A stretch of 64,000 nucleotides of DNA, taken from contig OZ038379.1 of assembly GCA_964036045.1 (NCBI GenBank), forward strand, positions 4,340,001 to 4,404,000. The letters run 5' to 3'. Source of the DNA: Eutreptiella sp. 'Long Island Sound 2002' (lineage: Eukaryota > Protista > Euglenida). Every line of letters starts with the position of its first letter. Position 1 is the stretch's first letter. Made by a program: the position numbers and the translations under genes. Under the pieces are notes generated by a model. The model saw nothing but the letters and a program-made list of their open reading frames with translations. It was not told where the DNA came from and did no database searches. Shown in pieces: positions 60,501 through 64,000 of the stretch.

Positions 60501-63243
60501 TTATGTAGCCACCTTGCCCACTTGTGGGCCACTTCTGATTCTGCCCCCGCTCTGAAGTGGCTGCCGGAGGTCGGTAAAGTAAATCCCAATGGCGTTTTAG
60601 TTTATTGAGATTTCATGAAGTAAATTTCGCCAAGATGTGTGTTGTGTTATGCTATGAAGGGGAACTGTAAAGTAAATCCCAATGGCATTTTACTTGACTG
60701 AGATTTCTTTATTTTACTTTCTTTGTGTGATTTACCGATGAAATCTCAGTAAAGTAAAACGCTATTGGCATTTACTTTACAGTTGCGCTGCATAACAAAC
60801 ATCTAAAATTGCTGTGAGTACAGTAAAGTACTTGTGGGTAGAGGGACAAGCGTCCCACTCTCACCATCAAAAGTGCTTTCCCCCAGTGGCTGGGGACTAG
60901 CAATGTGGACAATTTATTCCTGAATAAGTCAAACCAGTGCGTGCACTCGCAATTCCCAACCGGCGCACTTCATCAGCAATCATTGCACCCCCTCCCCCCC
61001 CCCTGGCCCTGTCAACATGATCCCCCCCTCCTTCATGTTTACCCCAGGATATACTGATGCCTGTAGGAGGAGGGCGACCCCTCCCTGCCCCCCCCCCCCC
61101 CTCCATGGGATCCAGGCTGCAATGCATCCCCGCCGCAACCAGCCCCCCACATGGGGACCTGGCAAAGCAACATGCCGGGACATACACCCGGCGCGCGGTC
61201 AGCAATACCCAGGCCCTCCTCAACAAAGGACCACCACAAATCATGAATCATTTCCACGCCCCCCCGCCACACACATTCAAAATAGTTCATCTCCCTGGAA
61301 CCTGCCTCCCCCCCCTACCCCCCCCGCCCCTCTTTGCAAGGCACCCCCCCTCCGCACACCGCATGCCCTCTGCACGTTGCCCCCCCACGCCCTGTGGAGG
61401 CCAGTCCTCCACCCCCCCGCCCCCGACTAGAGCCCGGATTCAGGCGAGCCACCCAGGCCGCTCATCACCGCTCCTAAGGGCGACGTCAAGCAATGCACGA
61501 GCGACGCATCGTCGCCTTGTCACCCACGCCATGTTCACCCGCGGCGCTTTGTGGAACTCGCCCGTGTGCGCGCACGCGCACACGTCTGCCCGCGCCGCGC
61601 GCTCTGTATAGCCGGCCTTTCGCTCGCCATGGGCTCCGTATGCTTCACCCACACCCGCCCTCTGCATACAGCCACACGCCCTGTACAGTTCACGCCCCCC
61701 ACCCCTCCCCCTCAGCCGTCGCCAGCTCACCCCTCAACAGTTGTTGACGTAATCCGTCCGCGCGCACACGCGTCCCTTCCGGTCCTCCCACGCCCTGTAG
61801 AGGCCAGCCCTCCACCCCCCCGCCCCCGACTAGAGCCCGGATTCAGGCGAGCCACTCAGCCTTGTCACCCACGCCATGTTCACCCGAGGCGCTTTGTGGA
61901 ACTCGCCCGTGTGCGCGCACGCGCACACGTCTGCCCGCGCCACGCGCTCTGTATAGCCGGCCTTTCGCTCGCCATGGGCTCCGTATGCTTCACCCACACC
62001 CGCCCTCTGCATACAGCCACACGCCCTGTACAGTTCACGCCCCCCGCCCCCCCCCCCCTCGGCCGTCGCTAGCTCACCCCTCAACAGTTGTTGACGTAAT
62101 CCGTCCGCGCGCACACGCGTCCCTTCCGGTCCTCAGCCACTGTGCAACAGCAGCGGCTCACTCTCAATTATTTGCACCGCTTCTTTGTGTGCAGGAGTTC
62201 ACAAAGGGCGAAACTGAAGGAGTTCCTTGTGCAAGCGGAAGGTGCATTGCAGAGGGCAAGGGCGAGTGAGGGGGCGAGTGAGGGGGTGCAGGGGAGGGGG
62301 AGGGGGAGGGAGGGGGCGAGGGGCAGGGCGAGGGCGAGGGCAGAGACAGGGGCGGTTTTGTGATTGCACTCGTTGAGTCGGGGTTGTGCTGAGCCCCCGG
62401 GGGCCACTTCCTTCGTCCCCCAGACCCCCCATGTCACGTCGGCAGAGGGGACTGGACCGTGGCCACCGTCCAAAGGACCTGTGTTTTACGTTCCATAGCA
62501 GTCCTCCTGCACATCCGTGACCACTCCCGAGCCCCTTGGCCGCACACATGCCCCCCCCCCCCCCCTGGACACTGGACACTCATGCCTGACTGTGGAGTGC
62601 ATTACCTCTGGTCTGCATTTGTCTGTTTTTTAATTAGGTCACACCGCCCCTGGACAAGCGGTGAGGGCTGCGCACCCCCCGTTTGTTGGCACACTGCGCG
62701 AACAGGAAAACCAAAAAACACCAGCGGCAAACTGCCCGAGCAGGCGGCGCACCACCGATCGGTGACACTTGGGGATCCGCCACCCCCCGGCCCCTGTGTT
62801 ACAGTTCCCACATCATTTGTGGTGGTGGGCACCCTCCGAACTTCACGGTCTTGGGAATGACTGAGTGTGTGACGCATGGCCGGCGCCGGCGTTGGGGGGG
62901 GGGGGGGGGGCATGGGGCTGCAGCAGTAACTGTGAGCGGAGGGACAGCGGTCCCACTCACACCGACGAAGTGGGGTGAACTATGCATTCCTGAACACCCA
63001 AACCGGTGCGTACATCCAGAAGTACCGACCGGCACGCGTAGTCAGCCTTTGTGCCCCCCCCCCCCCCCCATTGCATGTGCTGCCCTCTGCCACGCAGACC
63101 TCATTCACGAGATGGAGCACTTCCGCAAACTGGCGTCCGTCCCGTTCATGCGGCAGTTCCACAAGATCGTCCCCTACGTCCACGCGTTCCGGTTCCCATG
63201 GGCCCTCCTCATCAACGCCCTGATGCTGACCTACTACCACGAC
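6184..63243 (+). CDS. ITPR: IP3 receptor / ryanodine receptor family Ca2+ release channel; 35 exons in window, about 1,935 aa, incomplete at the 3' end and probably the 5' end
   Basis: Spliced translation follows ITPR order: MIR end ([20 protein letters not shown]), RIH ([31 protein letters not shown]), [23 protein letters not shown]-associated [37 protein letters not shown], and TM1 ([12 protein letters not shown]). Every intron is GT-AG and all phases are consistent. Confidence 0.95.
6668..6802 (+). CDS. ITPR: ITPR exon 2
   Basis: [28 protein letters not shown]...WITS; phase 1-1. Confidence 0.85.
6919..7012. repeat. (TG)n(CG)n microsatellite; similar tracts at 56858-56892, 57358-57384 and 57557-57675
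   Basis: Directly visible alternating purine-pyrimidine tracts. Confidence 0.97.
7477..7528 (+). CDS. ITPR: ITPR exon 3 (small; borders the duplicated AG|GT site)
   Basis: [17 protein letters not shown]; phase 1-2, which links exon 2 to exon 4. Confidence 0.6.
7954..8042 (+). CDS. ITPR: ITPR exon 4
   Basis: [30 protein letters not shown]; strong pyrimidine tract, GC3-rich, phase 2-1. Confidence 0.6.
8175..8515 (+). CDS. ITPR: ITPR exon 5 (RIH domain, IP3-binding alpha domain equivalent)
   Basis: [22 protein letters not shown]...[11 protein letters not shown]...[12 protein letters not shown]...KQDVQ. Confidence 0.95.
9225..9632 (+). repeat. About 410-bp dispersed repeat; near-identical reverse-complement copy at 18140-18550
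   Basis: Direct comparison: ...tccagggaaccatcagcaaccgtccagaag...gagggccaatgggcc matches the 18.1-18.5 kb copy in reverse. Confidence 0.9.
10452..10814 (+). CDS. ITPR: ITPR exon 6
   Basis: [25 protein letters not shown]...[11 protein letters not shown]...QELVRELLL...SQTQ. Confidence 0.95.
10890..11624 (-). mobile_element. 5'-truncated LINE copy A (diverged subfamily) with long (CAACA)n tail at 10890-11030
   Basis: 3' UTR and ORF end ([26 protein letters not shown]) match the 52.4-52.9 kb copy; internal tandem duplication of about 53 bp at 11420-11520. Confidence 0.85.
11625..13023 (-). mobile_element. 5'-truncated LINE copy B with RNase H-like domain and C-terminal CCHC-type zinc motif; premature stop and internal inversion
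   Basis: AAVDAG...QEGEAMILL...[13 protein letters not shown] (D-E-D RNase H pattern); [18 protein letters not shown]; TGA after VLGG; tail at 11625-11663. Confidence 0.85.
13528..15754. mobile_element. Nested non-autonomous TIR element with TTACCGCAAAAAAAAATTACAC subterminal arrays, two satellite units of about 195 bp and a 10-bp minisatellite
   Basis: Imperfect TIR GGTGTATGTTGTAATTCGTGTA / TACACGAGTTACATTTTACACC; flanks CCTCTGAG / CATCTGAG. Confidence 0.7.
14570..15230. repeat. (TATGGGGACC)n 10-bp minisatellite, about 65 units
   Basis: Directly visible; source of the spurious [10 protein letters not shown] ORFs. Confidence 0.97.
15839..15969 (+). CDS. ITPR: ITPR exon 7
   Basis: [43 protein letters not shown]. 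Confidence 0.9.
17482..17700. mobile_element. hAT-type MITE; related copies near 920-1090, 27670-27894 and 29250-29580
   Basis: TIR CAGGGTTGTGCTT / AAGCACATCCCTG; perfect 8-bp TSD ATTCCAAT (17474-81 and 17701-08). Confidence 0.92.
17799..17854 (+). CDS. ITPR: ITPR exon 8
   Basis: [19 protein letters not shown]; phase 2-1. Confidence 0.85.
19698..19981 (+). CDS. ITPR: ITPR exon 9
   Basis: [17 protein letters not shown]...[18 protein letters not shown]...VFVE. Confidence 0.9.
20153..20365 (+). mobile_element. About 210-bp MITE-like repeat; reverse copy at 63750-63953
   Basis: High identity between the two copies; CAGGGGGAA / TTTCCCCTG ends; no clear TSD. Confidence 0.75.
21444..21608 (+). 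CDS. ITPR: ITPR exon 10
   Basis: [30 protein letters not shown]...NERSQ; phase 0-0. Confidence 0.8.
23582..23832 (+). CDS. ITPR: ITPR exon 11
   Basis: [24 protein letters not shown]...[12 protein letters not shown]. Confidence 0.9.
25744..25831 (+). CDS. ITPR: ITPR exon 12
   Basis: [30 protein letters not shown]. Confidence 0.9.
27021..27324 (+). CDS. ITPR: ITPR exon 13
   Basis: [10 protein letters not shown]...[27 protein letters not shown]. Confidence 0.9.
29603..29969 (+). CDS. ITPR: ITPR exon 14 (second RIH domain)
   Basis: [26 protein letters not shown]...IYRDNYQLC...[13 protein letters not shown]...QAMILRCL. Confidence 0.95.
32044..32203 (+). CDS. ITPR: ITPR exon 15
   Basis: [10 protein letters not shown]...[19 protein letters not shown]...LLSQ. 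Confidence 0.9.
32632..32835. mobile_element. hAT-type MITE
   Basis: TIR CAGGGCTTCTTT / AAAGAAGCCCTG; perfect 8-bp TSD GTCCTCAG. Confidence 0.92.
33585..33752 (+). CDS. ITPR: ITPR exon 16
   Basis: [28 protein letters not shown]...VTEMQ. Confidence 0.9.
36081..36152 (+). CDS. ITPR: ITPR exon 17
   Basis: [24 protein letters not shown]; CAG/GTGAAT borders, phase 0-0. Confidence 0.6.
36267..36385 (+). CDS. ITPR: ITPR exon 18
   Basis: [39 protein letters not shown]; its phase 0-2 is required to link exons 16 and 19. Confidence 0.8.
36897..37146 (+). CDS. ITPR: ITPR exon 19
   Basis: [22 protein letters not shown]...QLEETLRQ. Confidence 0.85.
37729..37887 (+). CDS. ITPR: ITPR exon 20
   Basis: [19 protein letters not shown]...STKFAW; phase 0-0. 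Confidence 0.7.
38062..38176 (+). CDS. ITPR: ITPR exon 21
   Basis: [38 protein letters not shown]; phase 0-1. Confidence 0.75.
39373..39576 (+). CDS. ITPR: ITPR exon 22
   Basis: [22 protein letters not shown]...[13 protein letters not shown]...DHQWY; donor GTAGGC. Alternative phase-2 donors at 39545 and 39572 would allow skipping of exon 23. Confidence 0.75.
40079..40150 (+). pseudogene. tRNA-Asp-like (tRNA-derived) sequence; not a canonical tRNA
   Basis: TCCTGCGTAGTATAGTGGTGAGTAT D-arm and TTCGATTCC T-loop; anticodon loop TGTTGGC lacks U33; acceptor stem mismatched. Confidence 0.6.
40471..40542 (-). pseudogene. tRNA-like copy 2 (inverted)
   Basis: Reverse complement of 40079-40150. Confidence 0.6.
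41139..41210 (+). pseudogene. tRNA-like copy with perfect T-stem (CAGGG/CCCTG)
   Basis: A-box and B-box-like motifs intact; same abnormal anticodon loop. Confidence 0.6.
41339..41417 (+). CDS. ITPR: ITPR exon 23
   Basis: [26 protein letters not shown]; strong pyrimidine tract, phase 1-2. Confidence 0.6.
42346..42487 (+). CDS. ITPR: ITPR exon 24
   Basis: [16 protein letters not shown]...[15 protein letters not shown]. Confidence 0.85.
43710..43840 (+). CDS. ITPR: ITPR exon 25
   Basis: [29 protein letters not shown]...VNVLR. Confidence 0.85.
45497..45607 (+). CDS. Candidate symmetric (phase 2-2, 111 nt) cassette exon of ITPR
   Basis: [36 protein letters not shown]; 20 of the last 23 codons end in G/C; AG at 45495-96, GT at 45608-09; 48-nt intron before exon 26. 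Homology does not require it. Confidence 0.4.
45656..45852 (+). CDS. ITPR: ITPR exon 26
   Basis: [13 protein letters not shown]...[22 protein letters not shown]...[12 protein letters not shown]. Confidence 0.9.
46117..46892 (+). mobile_element. Internally deleted hAT-like element with CGGBP1-like N-terminal zinc-finger remnant; partial second copy at 47499-47670
   Basis: TIR CAGGGCTTTTCATGGGTTCGTGG / CCACGAACCCACGAAAATCCCTG; AATCACGAAT subterminal repeats; peptide [22 protein letters not shown]. Confidence 0.7.
47196..47350 (+). CDS. ITPR: ITPR exon 27
   Basis: [24 protein letters not shown]...KAVLKE. Confidence 0.85.
48579..48646 (+). pseudogene. Degenerate tRNA-derived (SINE-head-like) sequence
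   Basis: GTGCAGTGG A-box-like and GGTTCAAATC B-box; stems broken. Confidence 0.35.
48999..49079 (+). CDS. ITPR: ITPR exon 28 (RIH-associated motif)
   Basis: [27 protein letters not shown]. Confidence 0.97.
49316..49520. mobile_element. hAT-type MITE; relatives near 16162-16371 and 63289-63505
   Basis: TIR CAGGGATGAATTAGAA / TTCCAATGCATCCCTG; flanks GGTGGGGA / GGTGGGGG. Confidence 0.85.
49714..49830 (+). CDS. ITPR: ITPR exon 29
   Basis: [24 protein letters not shown]...SAVLQ. Confidence 0.95.
50155..50334 (+). CDS. ITPR: ITPR exon 30
   Basis: [33 protein letters not shown]...VVLIL. Confidence 0.97.
50426..50565. repeat. (GAGCTGTGTGGT)n 12-bp tandem repeat
   Basis: Directly visible, about 10 units. 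Confidence 0.9.
51893..52928 (+). mobile_element. 5'-truncated LINE copy C with open ORF2 C-terminus (stop 52736-38), 3' UTR and CACA-type tail
   Basis: [28 protein letters not shown]...[18 protein letters not shown]...RELLG*; colinear with copy B. Confidence 0.88.
53354..53543 (+). CDS. ITPR: ITPR exon 31
   Basis: [20 protein letters not shown]...EDELSL. Confidence 0.9.
54120..54360. repeat. Minisatellite of about 29 bp (AACAGTGCAATCCTGGAACCTCTTGGAA..), about 8 units
   Basis: Directly visible degenerate tandem units. Confidence 0.8.
56387..56556 (+). CDS. ITPR: ITPR exon 32
   Basis: [13 protein letters not shown]...[18 protein letters not shown]. Confidence 0.92.
57385..57408 (+). other. 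Euglenid spliced-leader (SL) exon relic inside an ITPR intron
   Basis: CTTTCTGAGTGTCTATTTTTTTTG versus the Euglena SL ACTTTCTGAGTGTCTATTTTTTTTCG (recalled). Not followed by a GT donor, so it is not an SL RNA gene. Confidence 0.85.
57792..57874 (+). CDS. ITPR: ITPR exon 33
   Basis: [27 protein letters not shown]. Confidence 0.9.
58459..58530. repeat. Palindrome with 30-bp arms (1 mismatch) and a 12-nt loop; related modules at 60400-60782
   Basis: ATTTACTTTATGAAATCTCAGTAAAGTAAA-acgccattggga-TTTACTTTACCGAGATTTCATAAAGTAAAT. Confidence 0.9.
58580..59725. repeat. Satellite of about 196 bp x 6; homologous in reverse to 14000-14370
   Basis: The TTACATACC marker and its variant recur at 58630, 58831, 59026, 59220, 59417 and 59613. 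Confidence 0.95.
61385..62135. repeat. Tandem duplication of about 400 bp
   Basis: cacgccctgt.gaggccag...ccttgtcacccacgccatgttcaccc...cccttccggtcctc occurs twice. Confidence 0.9.
62195..62241 (+). CDS. ITPR: ITPR exon 34
   Basis: [16 protein letters not shown]; phase 2-1. Confidence 0.85.
63098..63243 (+). CDS. ITPR: ITPR exon 35 (first transmembrane helix)
   Basis: [17 protein letters not shown]...[17 protein letters not shown]. Confidence 0.92.
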
Positions 63244-64000
63244 GTATGTACTGCGTGCGGGGCTGTGGGGCGGGTCCGGGGTCCGGGGGAGGGCTTTGCT
63301 TGAAGGGGAGGGGGTGCGATCCGGGAAATGCCAGAGCAGTTGCAGAGCGGTCACGGGGGATGTGAAGCGGTTGGGGGGCGGTCATTGGCGGTTGGAAATG
63401 CGGTTGGCGCTGGTGTTGGGGTCTGGGAATGCCTTTGGGCTAGAGTCAGGGCCGGAATGTTGGGGGGAAGGGGGGGTACCCCCCCCCCCCTTGAAGCGAT
63501 GCCCTGGGTCCAGGGGAGGGGGATGACGTGCAAGGTCCCCACCAAAGGGGTGGGCTCGAGGGTATCGGCAGAGGGCGCACACGATACGCCCCTGCCCCCG
63601 CCGCGGCACTGGATGGCTCAGCGGTACGCGTTCGGTGGATGCCCAAGAGGTACCCGGTTCGATTCCTGCATCGCTGCGCTTTGGCCTTAATGGTGAAGGC
63701 CCTGGGAACGCTACTCCTGCGGCACACAATTTGGGTGATTATCCTGGAGCGGGGGAACTTGTACCCTTCGTGATTTGAATGGGGAGTGGGCATCGCAACA
63801 TTTTTGTCTCTTTTGAGTGTTGTGCCTCGCCATTGTGCCCGTTTGACCTACTTCCTTGACATAGAATTGAGGAAAGTAGATGCGGTGCTAATTACCCCGC
63901 AGCTCATTACCCTTCCCCTGCCGCGCCTGCGGTGTGCAGGAAGCGTTCCCCTGAGACACGAGTGGGCGAGCGAGGGGGATCCGACCACAGCGCCTGCTGG

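Overview
Eukaryotic genomic DNA, most likely a euglenid: a near-exact copy of the euglenid spliced-leader exon sits at 57385-57408. Almost the whole window is one + strand gene for an inositol-1,4,5-trisphosphate/ryanodine-receptor-family Ca2+ release channel (ITPR-like). I reconstructed 35 GT-AG exons between 6184 and 63243 whose phases all join, giving about 5.8 kb of CDS (about 1,935 aa). They run from the end of the MIR/beta-trefoil through RIH, the central region and RIH-associated to the first transmembrane helix, and the gene continues beyond the window. Three more exons at 2700-3729 are either the end of an upstream gene or an insert within the same channel. Introns are packed with hAT-type MITEs, truncated RNase H-containing LINE copies flanked by (CACAA)n-type microsatellites, pogo-like and CGGBP1-like transposase relics, tRNA-like repeats, satellites and microsatellites. 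Most ORFs in the six-frame track are spurious. Main highlights: an intron apparently born by duplication of an AG|GT site, a retroposed spliced leader, loss of IP3-contact residues while the Ca2+ site is kept, a microsatellite-associated LINE, and a palindromic tRNA-like array. Everything was done by eye; no database searches were run.
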